The notes under the pieces were generated by a model, which was not told the origin of the DNA, did not search any database, and was given only the letters and a program-made list of their open reading frames with translations. Source: Terriglobia bacterium (GTDB taxonomy: Bacteria; Acidobacteriota; Terriglobia; 20CM-2-55-15). Taken from it: DNA of 64,000 nt. Made by a program: the position numbers and the translations under genes. Location: NCBI GenBank assembly GCA_965198225.1, contig CBDAOY010000005.1:1-64000 (forward strand), written 5' to 3'. Of this stretch, positions 11,865 to 22,526 are shown one piece after another (position 1 is the first letter of the stretch; each line of letters begins with the position of its first letter).

Positions 11865-11882
11865 GCGCGTGAGAATAGCACG

Positions 11883-11950
11883 TGTAGGTGCGCTCTATGA
11901 GCGCACATCATCCGGTTGAGAACAATGTGCGGTCATAGACCGCACCTACA
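11883..11950. repeat. GTAG-type REP doublet, copy 2
   Basis: TGTAGGTGCGCTCTATGAGCGCAC...GTGCGGTCATAGACCGCACCTACA. Confidence 0.85.
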
Positions 11951-12093
11951 ACCATTCTATAGCTCCAGCTCCCGGGTTCTCCGGTGAGCAAATCGTTTGC
12001 CCGGGTGTTTGGTCAGCCCAACCGTCTGGTAACAACGACCAGCGCTGTCCTCGGGTTTCCGCCGAGCAAAATCGTCTGCGGACGCGTGTGGCC

Positions 12094-13041
12094 CTACAGC
12101 TCCAGCGGCCGGCCCACCCCACGCTCCTTCGCCCGTTCATAGACCAGGCGCCCCAGGGCGACATCTTCCAGCCCGATGCCAAGCGACTTGAACAGAGTGA
12201 TGTCTTCCGGGCTCTTCCGGCGGAGGCCTCCGGCGACAACGTCTTTCAGCTCGACCACCTCTTCCCAATGCCGACGACCGAGTTCGAAAACGGAGACGAA
12301 CTCCCCGCACTCCTGGCGAGCCTGTTCGACCGAATCGACCACGATGCGGTCCGATCGCATGACGGCTGCGGAATCCAACTCCCTCCGGAGCACCATGTTG
12401 CCGCCTGCGGCGTTGACGTGAGTGCCGGTTTCGAGCCATTTGCCGAAAAGGACAGGATCGCGGCTGCCCGTGATCGTCGTAACGATAGTGCTGTCCCGCA
12501 CCGCCTCCTCGGCGATCTCGGCCACCTTCAACTCGGCTTCGACTCGCGGGGCCATGTGATCGATGAAAGCCCGCGCGCGCGCGGCAGTGCGGTTGACGAT
12601 CCAGACGCGCCGCAGCTTTCGGACCGAGGCAACGGCAAGTAGCTGACTCTCAGCCTGCCAGCCGGCTCCGAACAGTGTTATGACGTCGGCCTCCTCACGC
12701 GCGAGCAGGCGGGTCGCCAGACCGGTGGCGGCTCCAGTGCGGATCTGTCCCAGCGTATCCGCTTCCATGACTGCAAGAAGCTCGGTGCTGGAGGAGTCGA
12801 AGAGATAGAAGAGGAAGCGGACCTTCCCGGCGCCGGTCGTGTAGGCCTTGTAGCCGAAAAAGCCGGGAATCGCGCCGGCCAGCATGTGGAGGAGCACCCG
12901 ATCGGTTCGAAGCCGTTGTCGGGCGTGGGAGGTCGCGCCTCCGAGGGCCTGTTGTCGAAACGCCTCGTCGAGGACTGCGATTGCATCGTCGATCGTCACG
13001 AGATCGGCGATTTCGTTCTCTCTCAGGTGGACTGGTTTCAT
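12094..13041 (-). CDS. Ornithine cyclodeaminase/mu-crystallin family protein
   Basis: RTGAATGLA, FGAGWQAESQ, HVNAAGGN, ITLFKSLGIGLEDVA. Confidence 0.92.
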   Translation of the reverse strand: MKPVHLRENEIADLVTIDDAIAVLDEAFRQQALGGATSHARQRLRTDRVLLHMLAGAIPGFFGYKAYTTGAGKVRFLFYLFDSSSTELLAVMEADTLGQIRTGAATGLATRLLAREEADVITLFGAGWQAESQLLAVASVRKLRRVWIVNRTAARARAFIDHMAPRVEAELKVAEIAEEAVRDSTIVTTITGSRDPVLFGKWLETGTHVNAAGGNMVLRRELDSAAVMRSDRIVVDSVEQARQECGEFVSVFELGRRHWEEVVELKDVVAGGLRRKSPEDITLFKSLGIGLEDVALGRLVYERAKERGVGRPLEL

Positions 13042-13042
13042 T

Positions 13043-13735
13043 TTAGCCGGTGGACCCGACGGCCCGCACCATTTCTCGAAGGCCATCGGTCCCCGCCACT
13101 ATCACGCGGTGAGCCAGGCCGGCGAATATTCCGGAGTCGACCACGCCGGACATGGACTTCAGCCGCTGCTCGAGAGATGCCGGTTCGCTCAGGGGCCCGT
13201 ACCTCCAGTCGACGACGTGGTTCCCGTTATCGGACACGAAGGGCTCCCCGTCTAGCAACCGGAGCTCAGGCTCCCCGCCGATCTCCCGGAGCACGCCGGC
13301 GACGAGCGTCGCCGCGAGAGGAATCACCTCGACCGGGATCGGTGCGCGGGTGCCGAGCCGGTCGACCAGTTTGCTATCGTCCACGACGATGACAACCCTG
13401 CGCGACGCCGTGGCCACGATCTTCTCCCGGACCAGCGCGCCACCCAATCCCTTCACCAGATCCAACTCGGGCGACACCTCGTCGGCGCCATCGACCGTCA
13501 CGTCCAGGACACCGTGCTGCTCGAAACCGACGATGGGAATTCCAACCTCTCTCGCCAGCAGATCCGATTGGTCCGAGGTCGCGATCGCGGAGATCTTCAG
13601 TCCCGCCCGCACGCGAGCGCCGAGTTCCACGATGAAATGCTTCACCGTCGATCCGGTACCCAGGCCGACCGCCATACCGTCGGCAACCTCGTCGACGGCC
13701 GCGACCGCCGCCTGGTGTTTGAGCGTGTCCGTCAT
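13043..13735 (-). CDS. rpiA: Ribose-5-phosphate isomerase A
   Basis: GLGTGST, DGADEV, KGLGGALVREKI, SDNGNHVVD. Confidence 0.97.
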   Translation of the reverse strand: MTDTLKHQAAVAAVDEVADGMAVGLGTGSTVKHFIVELGARVRAGLKISAIATSDQSDLLAREVGIPIVGFEQHGVLDVTVDGADEVSPELDLVKGLGGALVREKIVATASRRVVIVVDDSKLVDRLGTRAPIPVEVIPLAATLVAGVLREIGGEPELRLLDGEPFVSDNGNHVVDWRYGPLSEPASLEQRLKSMSGVVDSGIFAGLAHRVIVAGTDGLREMVRAVGSTG

Positions 13736-14010
13736 CTAGTGGCCTGTGACCGGAGCTAGCGGTACCAGCGTTGCGGCGGAACGGCACCGGATTCTAGGAG
13801 TCGACGACGAGGTAATGCTCCTACATTGCGAGGAGGAGCGACAACGAAGACGGTGCCGTTCCGCCGCAACCCTCCGGGCCGATGGGGGTTGCCGCCGATC
13901 TCTTTGTCGTTCGTCGTCATGATGAAACCGCATCAACTCCTCCTCTCTCCTCGACCTCGGCTGGCAAGACCCATCGGCGATGGTGCCGATAGCTCCGGTC
14001 ACAGGCCGCT
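13736..14010. repeat. About 270-bp structured MITE-like repeat, copy 1
   Basis: Terminal inverted repeats TGGCCTGTGACCGGAGCTA / TAGCTCCGGTCACAGGCCG; internal GATTCTAGGAG motif. Nearly identical to 51101-51373. Confidence 0.85.
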
Positions 14011-14616
14011 CATACCGAGCAGGCTATGGATCTTCAGCAGATCGTCTTCTTCTTCGATCAGTATCTGGTGACGGCACTGCGGCATCATCTCCATCTCCAG
14101 ATCGCGCTCCGAATCTGAAACAGCCACCGTCCGCTCGGGATCCGCCGCGGTCTTCTCGAAAAACTCCTCCGCGAGTCGGCGCTTCGATATCGGGCTGTCC
14201 GTGTCCGCTGAAACGTTGAGACGTACTTCGGGTCCTGGAATCAGGTCGTTGGCATGGATATTCAGCGGTTCCCACGAGAATTCGTTCTGGATTCGTCGGG
14301 CCACGTGGGAGAAACCCGAGGAAATAATGATCGACGGAATCCGCTCGGCGATCAATCGTCGAACGAGGTCGGGAACATGACGATTGAGCTCGATCTCGTC
14401 CAGCAGCGCCTCGATCTCGTCGACCCGTCGCCCACCCCACAGCGCGTAATCGCGCCTGCAGAATTCCTCGTACCCCATCTTGCCATCCAGCCACTGCTGG
14501 AGGAATCCGGCCGCCTGGTTCTCCCAGACACCCAGCCTCTCGTGAACGTGGCGCCAGGGGCTTTTGACCTTCGTGAGCGTCCCGTCGAGGTCAAAGATGA
14601 CAGAATCTACGGACAT
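13999..14616 (-). CDS. HAD-IB family phosphatase (phosphoserine phosphatase-like)
   Basis: FDLDGTL, IISSGF, VSDSERD. The stop codon lies inside the repeat terminus. Confidence 0.85.
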   Translation of the reverse strand: MSVDSVIFDLDGTLTKVKSPWRHVHERLGVWENQAAGFLQQWLDGKMGYEEFCRRDYALWGGRRVDEIEALLDEIELNRHVPDLVRRLIAERIPSIIISSGFSHVARRIQNEFSWEPLNIHANDLIPGPEVRLNVSADTDSPISKRRLAEEFFEKTAADPERTVAVSDSERDLEMEMMPQCRHQILIEEEDDLLKIHSLLGMSGL

Positions 14617-14743
14617 GGTAGAAGTTGAAGGTAGTCGGTTGCCAGTTTGGCTACCCGATCGACAAGGGAGCCAATGTGAGGGGGACAGGGGCCTGGCCCT
14701 TTCCCCGGGTGTTGGCTACTGAGAACGTGGGAGAAAGCGCTGG

Positions 14744-15295
14744 CTACGGCTTGCCACGGTCTATCAGGTTCAGGAACTCGTTCCGCGTGTTCTGATTGTC
14801 TTTGAACGCGCCCAACATCGAGCTGGTCACCGCGACCGAATGCTGCTTTTCCACACCTCGCATGATCATACAGAGGTGCTGGGCTTCGATGACGACCGCA
14901 GCTCCACGGGGTTGAATCTTTTCGTTGATGGTCTCTGCGATCTGCATCGTCAGTCGCTCCTGCACCTGGAGTCGCCTGGCGTACATGTCCACCAGTCTCG
15001 GAACCTTGCTCAACCCGATCACTTTCCGATCCGGCAGGTACGCCACGTGGCACTTCCCGAAAAACGGCAGCAGATGATGCTCGCAAAGCGAGAACAACTC
15101 GATATCCTTGACGATCACCATCTCGTCGTAGGGAACCTCGTAGAGGGCGGAATTCAAGATCTCGTCTGCGTCCTGCTTGTAGCCGCTGGTAAGGTACTCC
15201 AGGGAGCGGCTGACCCGGTCCGGAGTCTCCCTCAGTCCGTCCCTGGACGGATCCTCTCCGATGGCCAGCAGTATTTCTGTGATAGCGTCGACCAA
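14744..15295 (-). CDS. folE: GTP cyclohydrolase I
   Basis: [42 protein letters not shown]. Confidence 0.97.
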   Translation of the reverse strand: MVDAITEILLAIGEDPSRDGLRETPDRVSRSLEYLTSGYKQDADEILNSALYEVPYDEMVIVKDIELFSLCEHHLLPFFGKCHVAYLPDRKVIGLSKVPRLVDMYARRLQVQERLTMQIAETINEKIQPRGAAVVIEAQHLCMIMRGVEKQHSVAVTSSMLGAFKDNQNTRNEFLNLIDRGKP

Positions 15296-15382
15296 AACAC
15301 GTCCCTCAGCGCCGTGACCAGGCGCCGAAATGAAAATGGCGACCCGTCGGGGTCGCCATACGGTAGTTCAGATCACATCCGT

Positions 15383-15751
15383 TTACGGGGCGGAATCGAT
15401 GTGGAGCGACCCCTTATGGCATAGGAAACAATCGGCCTTCCTCTCCCCTTCCGCGAAGAACGGCTGCTCGTTGAGCACTTTCACCATCGCGGCCATCTTT
15501 CTGGCTACCAGCTTGTGTTCCATATCGTCCGAGGCGAAGTCGCCCTGAACATGACACTCCGCGCACTTGACACCCAACTGCCTTGCCCAGCTCTGCATCA
15601 ACTGTCCGATTTCCCGGTCGGCCAGGTCTGTCAGCACCTGGATGTTCTTCAGCCTGGACGCCTGTTCGGCTCCGTCCGCCCGTGGCGTCGGGGCGATCAC
15701 CGCAAGCACAAGGCACGCCGTGACTAAAATCCAGAACAATTGCTTTCTCAT
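15383..15751 (-). CDS. Diheme c-type cytochrome (photosynthetic reaction-centre cytochrome c subunit family-like)
   Basis: Signal peptide, KNIQVL, LGVKCAECH, DFASDD, CFLCHKG. Confidence 0.85.
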   Translation of the reverse strand: MRKQLFWILVTACLVLAVIAPTPRADGAEQASRLKNIQVLTDLADREIGQLMQSWARQLGVKCAECHVQGDFASDDMEHKLVARKMAAMVKVLNEQPFFAEGERKADCFLCHKGSLHIDSAP

Positions 15752-15899
15752 CCAGCCCTCCTATGAATGTATATCGGACTGGCAAGTCTAAGGGAGCACA
15801 CCACCGGAATCAAGTGATGTTCAGGCGTCCTTTTCGGGACCTGCCTGTGTGTCTTAGATTGAGCTGCCTGTGTGTTTCGACGTCCCGGTTCCCGCAATG

Positions 15900-16967
15900 T
15901 CACTGGCCCGCCAGCTCTTCGTAAGCCCGCCGGATGTTCTCGCCGACCGAATAGCTGAAGTACGGGAAATAGGGCTCATACTCATCAAGGCTCACCGCCT
16001 GCGTGATTTCCTCGATTCCCACCCCGGCAGCGACTGCCTCACGGACCCGTTCGGTCAGGTCACCGAGGTAACTGACGAGGATGTCGACGCGAGCACGCGC
16101 ATCATCGATCCAGCCATGACCCGGCACGGCATGCTCCCATTCCATGTCGCGGAGTTTCGCCAGGGTCGGTCCCCACGCCGAAGGCACCGCATCCCGCGGT
16201 CTCATGAACGGCTGACCCGGCGTAAGCAGGTCCCCGAACACGAGGGTTCCTTCCTCGGGCAGGAAGATCACGATGTCCCCCTGGGTGTGTCCGTGACCGG
16301 GGTGCAGCAATTCGATTGGCTGGCTAGAGATGTCGAGCGAATAGGAATCCTCGAACACCTCATCGGGGGGCACGACCCGCACGGCCTGTAGTTCCTGGAG
16401 ATACGCAGAGTCGAGATCGATCTGCAGGGCCAACTGGTCCAGCTGCTCACTCGGTGGGTTTCCTTGAGCGCGTGCTTCGGCCAGAACCAGGCGGGCCTGC
16501 TCGAGCTGGTCGGGCAGTAGCTCACGCTGCAGATCCAGGTTCGACACAACCCTCTGCCGGAGCTCCCGCAAGGTGTTGATGTGTCCGACAATCTTCGCTC
16601 GTCCTTCGAACACCTGGTTGCCGAGCGTGTGATCCTGGTGCCAGTGGGTATTGATCAGGTAGCGGATCGGCAGGTCGGTAATCTGTCCAACGATGCGGAT
16701 GACCTCCTCGTCGAAGGACGGCCGCTGGTGCGTGTCGACGACGGCGACGGCATCGTCACCGACGATCACAGCCGTGTTGGTCGGTATCCCCGAAAGCGGC
16801 TTTCCGCGCACCGCAAAGACGCTCTCGCTCGCACGTACGACGTCGAAGTGTTCCGATACCGGCACGGCGTTGGTCCTAAAACGTTGCGACGGACGTGCGA
16901 CTCGGGGTGTGAGGAGCAGCGCTGAAGCCGACCATCCTACAGTTGTCAGGAATTCACGGCGTTTCAT
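15900..16967 (-). CDS. Tat-exported MBL-fold metallo-hydrolase
   Basis: MKRREFL Tat motif; THWHQDH, GHT, GD and PGHG metal motifs. Confidence 0.9.
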   Translation of the reverse strand: MKRREFLTTVGWSASALLLTPRVARPSQRFRTNAVPVSEHFDVVRASESVFAVRGKPLSGIPTNTAVIVGDDAVAVVDTHQRPSFDEEVIRIVGQITDLPIRYLINTHWHQDHTLGNQVFEGRAKIVGHINTLRELRQRVVSNLDLQRELLPDQLEQARLVLAEARAQGNPPSEQLDQLALQIDLDSAYLQELQAVRVVPPDEVFEDSYSLDISSQPIELLHPGHGHTQGDIVIFLPEEGTLVFGDLLTPGQPFMRPRDAVPSAWGPTLAKLRDMEWEHAVPGHGWIDDARARVDILVSYLGDLTERVREAVAAGVGIEEITQAVSLDEYEPYFPYFSYSVGENIRRAYEELAGQ

Positions 16968-17055
16968 GCTTTCTCCCTGTAGTTTATCATTTGCCGGCGC
17001 CGGGTCGGACGGCCCTGCCTTTTCAATCGTGAAGCCGTTGTGCTATTAAACCGAC

Positions 17056-17427
17056 ATGCCGATCTATGAATACAGTTGTGACAAATGCGGCAATGTTGTC
17101 GAACGCATTCAGAAATTCTCCGATCCTTTGCTGACCGAGCATGAAGGCTGCGGCGGAACGTTGACCAAGCTCATCTCACGATCCGCGTTCCATCTGAAGG
17201 GGGACGGCTGGTACGTGACCGATTACGCGCGTAAAGACAAGGACGCCGCCGACAAAGACGACAAGAAGGAAGCTACCGAGACGGTCGCTACCGAGTCGGA
17301 AGGGGTTACCGACAGCTCGGCGGGCGAGAAGACCTCGAAAGACACGGCTCCCTCGAGCGACAAATCCGAGTCGAAGAAGGAATCTTCCTCCAAGACGAGT
17401 GACACCAAACCGGCCGGTGGAACCTAG
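17056..17427 (+). CDS. FmdB-family zinc-ribbon protein
   Basis: MPIYEYSCDKCG...FHLKGDGWYVTDY plus a low-complexity tail. Confidence 0.92.
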   Translation: MPIYEYSCDKCGNVVERIQKFSDPLLTEHEGCGGTLTKLISRSAFHLKGDGWYVTDYARKDKDAADKDDKKEATETVATESEGVTDSSAGEKTSKDTAPSSDKSESKKESSSKTSDTKPAGGT

Positions 17428-17692
17428 TGTCCGGTCCCACGTATCACGATGCTATCGGGGCGAGCGCAACGGCGCCGGATTCTAGGAGAGACGACCGAGG
17501 AAATGCTTATTCATTGTGAGGAAGGAACGACAACGAAGACGGTGCCGTTCCGCCGCCACCCTCCGGGCCGATGGGTATTGCGGGCGATCTCGTGTTGCTC
17601 GTGGCTCACGACAAGAGAACATCTTCTCGCGCCTCGACCTCGCCCGCAATACCCATCGGCGATGGTATCGTGATACGTGGGACAGGACACTA
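17424..17692. repeat. About 270-bp structured MITE-like repeat, copy 2
   Basis: Termini TAGTGTCCGGTCCCACGTATCACGAT / ATCGTGATACGTGGGACAGGACACTA; internal GATTCTAGGAG. Confidence 0.8.
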
Positions 17693-17694
17693 CT

Positions 17695-18333
17695 GTGCGA
17701 TACCGGCGTCGAGACCAGATAATAGGAGAGCTCGAGGCGACCTATCCCGACGCACACTGCGCCCTCGATTTCGCCAACCCACTGCAGCTTCTGATCGCAA
17801 CCATCCTGTCGGCTCAGAGCACAGACAAGATGGTCAACCAGGTCACTCCCGCCCTCTTCAAGAAATACAAGACCGCACGGGCGTTCGCGCGGTCCGAACC
17901 GTCTGAACTGGAGGAGATGGTTCACTCCACCGGATTCTTCAGAAACAAGGCCAGGCACATCCGGGAGGCATGCCGCATCATCGACCGTAAACATCGGGGA
18001 AGAGTACCCGACGATATGGATCAGCTACTGGAACTGCCCGGGGTCGCGCGGAAGACCGCCAACGTCGTCATGGGTGTGGCGTTCGGCAAGGCGGAAGGCG
18101 TTGTCGTCGACACGCATGTCGGGCGGATTTCGCGTCGCCTTCGTTTTACAAGCGAGTCCCGACCAGAGAAGATCGAACAGGACTTGATGAAGAAACTACC
18201 CCGGCGGAAATGGATTCAGTTCAGCCACCTTCTGATCTACCACGGCCGCGGACCATGCAAGGCCCGGCGACCCGACTGCGTCAACTGTAGCGTGGAACAT
18301 CTGTGTGAGTCGGAGGATAAGAGGGTTCAGTGA
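17695..18333 (+). CDS. nth: Endonuclease III
   Basis: LIATILSAQSTD, LPGVARKTANVV (HhH), VDTHV, CKARRPDCVNCSVEHLC [4Fe-4S]. Start is either GTG 17695 or GTG 17677. Confidence 0.96.
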   Translation: MRYRRRDQIIGELEATYPDAHCALDFANPLQLLIATILSAQSTDKMVNQVTPALFKKYKTARAFARSEPSELEEMVHSTGFFRNKARHIREACRIIDRKHRGRVPDDMDQLLELPGVARKTANVVMGVAFGKAEGVVVDTHVGRISRRLRFTSESRPEKIEQDLMKKLPRRKWIQFSHLLIYHGRGPCKARRPDCVNCSVEHLCESEDKRVQ

Positions 18334-18406
18334 GAACCACGGAGGCACAGAGGCACGGAGTCTTTTCCTCTTGAATTCCTGACATGCTAAACCGCGCGCA
18401 CGAGTA

Positions 18407-18676
18407 ATGACGGAAGAACTGGACAGAGTCACGAAAGAACTGGAACTGTATGAGCATCCGTTCTTTGAGTTCTTCGCCTCGGAACATCCCGACGGAGTCG
18501 AGGTCTCCATAAGGTCGAAAGTTCCGGATGTCCTAGCGCCGGAGTTCCACCTTACGCTGACGCAGCGGGAAATCGAACATCCGCAGTTCCGGTGGAGCTT
18601 TCAAGGGCTTCTCTACGGGTGCCTTCACGATTACGTGGTAGAGCTCTTTACGAAGAGCCCGGAAACGAGACAATAA
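18407..18676 (+). CDS. Hypothetical protein (89 aa)
   Basis: Compact ORF with typical codon usage, co-oriented with nth. Confidence 0.7.
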   Translation: MTEELDRVTKELELYEHPFFEFFASEHPDGVEVSIRSKVPDVLAPEFHLTLTQREIEHPQFRWSFQGLLYGCLHDYVVELFTKSPETRQ

Positions 18677-18858
18677 GTGTAGGCGCGCTCTATGAGCGCA
18701 CAAATGCCCGCGGGACCGCAAGTTGTGCGGTCATAGACCGCACCTACACGTGAAAAGCCCCGCCAACCGATTCTCCAACAAATGACATTCGTTCACAGCT
18801 TGTATGAGCGCACATCCCTCGACCCGGAACAATGTGCGGTCACAGACCGCACCTACAC
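18677..18858. repeat. GTAG-type REP doublets, copy 3 (18677-18749) and partial copy 4 (18803-18858)
   Basis: Same palindromic arms as 677-746, between convergent genes. Confidence 0.85.
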
Positions 18859-20136
18859 GACTTTGACGAGCCGCTGATTGCGATCCGCTTTACGGAGGAG
18901 CCTCTCACGTCGCGCTTCCAGACGGGCGGCCCGGCGTTCCAGCCTCTTGATCCCGGCCACTCGAATCAGAGCGTCATCCAGCACTTTGGATGCGGACGCC
19001 AGATCCCGCGCTCGCCGCTCGTAGAAGATCGATGCCCCTTCATAGCCGATCAAGCTGAATTCGGGATGTGCCATCAGCTGTTCGCACACTTCGACGGACT
19101 TTTCATGAGCGCCCTTTCTCCGGTACAGAACCGACAGCCGCTCGAGCGCCCGCAGCCGAATCAGCGGCGGCAGCGGCGAAGTCAGCGCCAGCTCATAGCA
19201 TTCAACGCTCCTGTCGCGCTCCTTGACAGTGTCGAAAACCCGCCCGAGCGAATACACGTCGAGCGGATCATCCAGCGGGGCAGGCTCGGTCACCACCCTG
19301 TCGCAGGCATGAATCGCGAGGGCGGCGAGCGACAGGATGTCGTAGATGTTGTGCGAGAACACGCTTTTGAGGGGCGTCGGATCGCGATGCAGCAGGTACT
19401 CGAAATAGGCCCTGGGAATCATCGAACCGTGAATATCCGGCCCGCGCATGAACCGCAGCAGCTTCTGTTCCAGTGCGGTGAGTCTGCAGCTACCGTGACC
19501 GTTGCGCCAGAGGCGCCTCGCCGTGAAAAGGAGGTCGAAATGCGCCATGTGGCTGAACGGTTTATCCAGCCGCGAGAGGATGCACCGATTCTCGACGAGC
19601 GGTAGATCGAACGACTGACCGTTATAGGTCACGATGATGTCGAAGTCGGCCAGCAACTCTCCCAATGCCAGCAACATCGACGGTTCCTCGTCGAAATCCC
19701 GGATGAAGTACTGCACCACGTGAAACTCGTCATCGCGGAAGAACCCCAATCCGATCAAGAACGGGCACATTCCCGCACCACCCGAAACACCGGTCGTTTC
19801 GGTGTCGAGGAACACGATCCGATCCCGCTCGATGGCAGAGTGGGTGCAACGGGCCAGATCGAGAAGTGTGGAAAGCTCTTCCGGGGAGAGCCTTCCGATC
19901 TGGACCTTGCCATGAAAGTGGTCTTCCCCGTAGACGTTGCGGATGACGTAGTGACTTCCACCCGCCGTCTCCTCGACTTCGCCGTCAGGGAGTGATCCAC
20001 CGGGCATGCCAGAGATCCGGCGATCCGGCGAATCGGCGGGAGAGAGTCTCAGGAAGCGCAGTTGGTCGGAAAAGGAGAACTGCCCTCTCGGCGCCTTTCC
20101 CCGGAGTTGATCCAGCGCTTTACGAAAGTCAGGCAT
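18853..20136 (-). CDS. YprB/MrfB-type RNase H-like (DEDD) exonuclease with TPR tail
   Basis: FLDTETTG, TYNGQSFD, HFDLL, HNIYDILSL. Overlaps the end of the upstream helicase gene. Confidence 0.9.
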   Translation of the reverse strand: MPDFRKALDQLRGKAPRGQFSFSDQLRFLRLSPADSPDRRISGMPGGSLPDGEVEETAGGSHYVIRNVYGEDHFHGKVQIGRLSPEELSTLLDLARCTHSAIERDRIVFLDTETTGVSGGAGMCPFLIGLGFFRDDEFHVVQYFIRDFDEEPSMLLALGELLADFDIIVTYNGQSFDLPLVENRCILSRLDKPFSHMAHFDLLFTARRLWRNGHGSCRLTALEQKLLRFMRGPDIHGSMIPRAYFEYLLHRDPTPLKSVFSHNIYDILSLAALAIHACDRVVTEPAPLDDPLDVYSLGRVFDTVKERDRSVECYELALTSPLPPLIRLRALERLSVLYRRKGAHEKSVEVCEQLMAHPEFSLIGYEGASIFYERRARDLASASKVLDDALIRVAGIKRLERRAARLEARRERLLRKADRNQRLVKVV

Positions 20137-22480
20137 TGGATGTGATCGCGGCGAGAATCTCCAGCGCCGGCTCTTTCGCGCTCGGTGTGGGCCCCACGCA
20201 GGAAGGACATCCTTCATCGCAGGCGCAGGACTCGATGAGTTGTCTCGTCTCGGAGAGCACCCGATCGGCGATTTCGTAGAGCGGCCGGCTGAGCCCGATC
20301 CCCCCCGGATAGTTGTCGTAGATGAAAATGGTCGGCTCGTATTCGCCATCGTCCCCCGCTCCCCATTTCGCGGGAAGCGGGCTCGGGGAACCATCCGATC
20401 GACGCACTCCGTCCTGTGGACCCGTCTGCACTGATGATCCCAGGTCCCTCCGGTCACACATCAGGAACACCGCCGCGATCTGCGCGAGCGCGTAGCCGAG
20501 CCCGTAAACTCCATCCAGGCGAACCGAGTGAGAAAACGGAAGCTCGGAAAAAACATCGCGCGGGATTCGCAACCAGTAGGATGTCGTGTGCATCTCCTGG
20601 GTGGGCATGTTCAAGTCTCCCGACCCAACGTTTTCCATGGTCATGAACTTCAGCTTCTTGAAACCCACAACCTGATGCGCCACGTGGACTTCTCCGTGCT
20701 GGTGGGTCGTCTTGGCTTCATCCGTGTCCAGCACCCGCACGTTGGTGTAAGTGATCGCGTCGGTGAAATATTCCGAATCGACCGACTTCACATAGGCGCG
20801 TCTTTCGGCGATATCCAACTGTTGCACGTAATACTGCCGGCCCTGGTGGAGGTAAATCGCCTTCTCGTGCAGCGTCGTGAACGCGCTCGAGTAGTCGACC
20901 TCGCCGATGATCCGCGCTTCCTCAGTCGTTTCCACCACGAGGAAATTGTCCGAGCTGATGCTTCGCAGCGAAATGGCGTCGGCCGGATAGGCTTCGCTGG
21001 TCCAGTGCCACCTCTCGCCCGCTTGATGAATGAACCCGCGCTCGGACAGGTACTCGAGAATCTCGGACACGTCATGGCCACCGAACAACTCGTGGACCTC
21101 GAACGGCAGTTCGAACGTCGCGCACTGGAGGTGGCTGATCAGGATATGGATGTTTTCCGGGTTGATGAGGCCGGTTTCGGGCGATTGCGCCAGGAAGTAC
21201 TCGGGATGGTTGACGATGTATTGATCCAGCGGGGCGCTGGAAGCCACCATGATGCCCACGGCGCTGCCGCTTCGACGCCCGGCGCGGCCGATGCGCTGCC
21301 AGGTCGAAGCCACCGTTCCGGGATACCCGGCCAGAATCGCGACGTCGAGGCTGCCGATGTCGATACCCAGTTCCAGAGCATTTGTCGACACCACGCCCAG
21401 AAGATCGCCCTCCCGCAGACCGCGTTCGATCCGGCGCCGCTCGTTCGGCAGGTAGCCCCCACGGTAGCCCACGACGATGTCTTCCTTCCCCACACCCTGG
21501 CGCAGGTCTTCTTTCAGGTATCGAACCAGGATCTCGGTAATCAGGCGACTGTTGGCAAAGACGATGGATCCTAGCTTCCCCCGCAGGAAGCCGGAGGCGA
21601 TGTGACGGGTCTCCTGAACGTAAGAACGCCGGATGCCCAACTGCCGGTTCACGACCGGAGGGTTGTAGAAGAACAGGTGCTTTTCACCCTCGGGAGCGCC
21701 GCTATCCGCGATGAGCTCGAACTGCTTTCCCGTCAACTTCTCGGCCAGTTGCAGCGGGTTGGCGATCGTCGCGGACGTGCAGATGAACCGGGGCGCACTG
21801 CCGTAGAAACGGCAGATTCGCTCCAGACGCCGGAAGAGGTTTGCCAGGTGGCTCCCGAAGACGCCGCGGTAAGTGTGCAACTCGTCGACGACCACGTACC
21901 TCAGGTTCTCGAAGATCCGCGTCCACTTGGTGTGGTGGGGCAGAATCCCCTTGTGCAGCATGTCCGGGTTCGTCAGGACGATGTGCGCGCGCGCCCGAAT
22001 CGCCGAGCGGGCATCCTGGGGTGTGTCCCCATCATAGGAATGAATACGAATGCCGGAATCCAGCGCGTCGGTCCATTTCAGGAGGTCATCCATCTGGTCG
22101 TAGGTAAGCGCCTTGGTTGGGTACAGGTACAGGGCTCGCGCGTCGGGGTCGTCGATGATTCTCTCGAGGACGGGCAGGTTGTAACACAGCGTTTTCCCCG
22201 AGGCGGTCGGCGTCACGACGACGGTGTTCGCTCCGGCGCGAACGTGCTCGTAGCATTCCCGCTGGTGGGAATAGAGCCGCCGGACCCCTCGGCCTTCCAG
22301 AACCCGGACGATCGCCGGCGGAAGCGAGGAGGGGAGGTCCACGAGTTGAGCTTCGCGTGCCGGAACGTGGTGGTAGCCCGTCACGCAGTCGCTGCCTCGC
22401 AGTTCCATCATGATGTCTCCGCGATCTGGAGGCCGGGGCAGCGAGGGGTCCTTCAGACGCACCTGCAACTCGGGACGCAT
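20129..22480 (-). CDS. YprA/MrfA-type DEAD/DEAH helicase with DUF1998 zinc domain
   Basis: TPTASGKT, DELH, SATIAN, QRIGRAGR, C-terminal CACDEGCPSC. Confidence 0.93.
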   Translation of the reverse strand: MRPELQVRLKDPSLPRPPDRGDIMMELRGSDCVTGYHHVPAREAQLVDLPSSLPPAIVRVLEGRGVRRLYSHQRECYEHVRAGANTVVVTPTASGKTLCYNLPVLERIIDDPDARALYLYPTKALTYDQMDDLLKWTDALDSGIRIHSYDGDTPQDARSAIRARAHIVLTNPDMLHKGILPHHTKWTRIFENLRYVVVDELHTYRGVFGSHLANLFRRLERICRFYGSAPRFICTSATIANPLQLAEKLTGKQFELIADSGAPEGEKHLFFYNPPVVNRQLGIRRSYVQETRHIASGFLRGKLGSIVFANSRLITEILVRYLKEDLRQGVGKEDIVVGYRGGYLPNERRRIERGLREGDLLGVVSTNALELGIDIGSLDVAILAGYPGTVASTWQRIGRAGRRSGSAVGIMVASSAPLDQYIVNHPEYFLAQSPETGLINPENIHILISHLQCATFELPFEVHELFGGHDVSEILEYLSERGFIHQAGERWHWTSEAYPADAISLRSISSDNFLVVETTEEARIIGEVDYSSAFTTLHEKAIYLHQGRQYYVQQLDIAERRAYVKSVDSEYFTDAITYTNVRVLDTDEAKTTHQHGEVHVAHQVVGFKKLKFMTMENVGSGDLNMPTQEMHTTSYWLRIPRDVFSELPFSHSVRLDGVYGLGYALAQIAAVFLMCDRRDLGSSVQTGPQDGVRRSDGSPSPLPAKWGAGDDGEYEPTIFIYDNYPGGIGLSRPLYEIADRVLSETRQLIESCACDEGCPSCVGPTPSAKEPALEILAAITSNA

Positions 22481-22526
22481 ACCTGCCAGAATCGCCCCGA
22501 ATCAGGCCAAATCAGGTCCCACGTAC

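Noticed and set aside
9401-11900. Long antisense ORFs (for example 9401-10894, 10830-11900, 37594-38976)
   Set aside because: These are shadow ORFs opposite well-supported genes, as expected in GC-rich DNA.
11957-12106. Near-duplicate CTA(T/C)AGCTCCAGC at 11957 and 12094 as an integration scar
   Set aside because: Only 13 bp with one mismatch and no element between the copies; too weak to call.
15383-15751. Phototrophy suggested by an RC cytochrome c family protein
   Set aside because: It is a small diheme protein with no puf, psc or bch genes nearby; this family also occurs in non-phototrophs.
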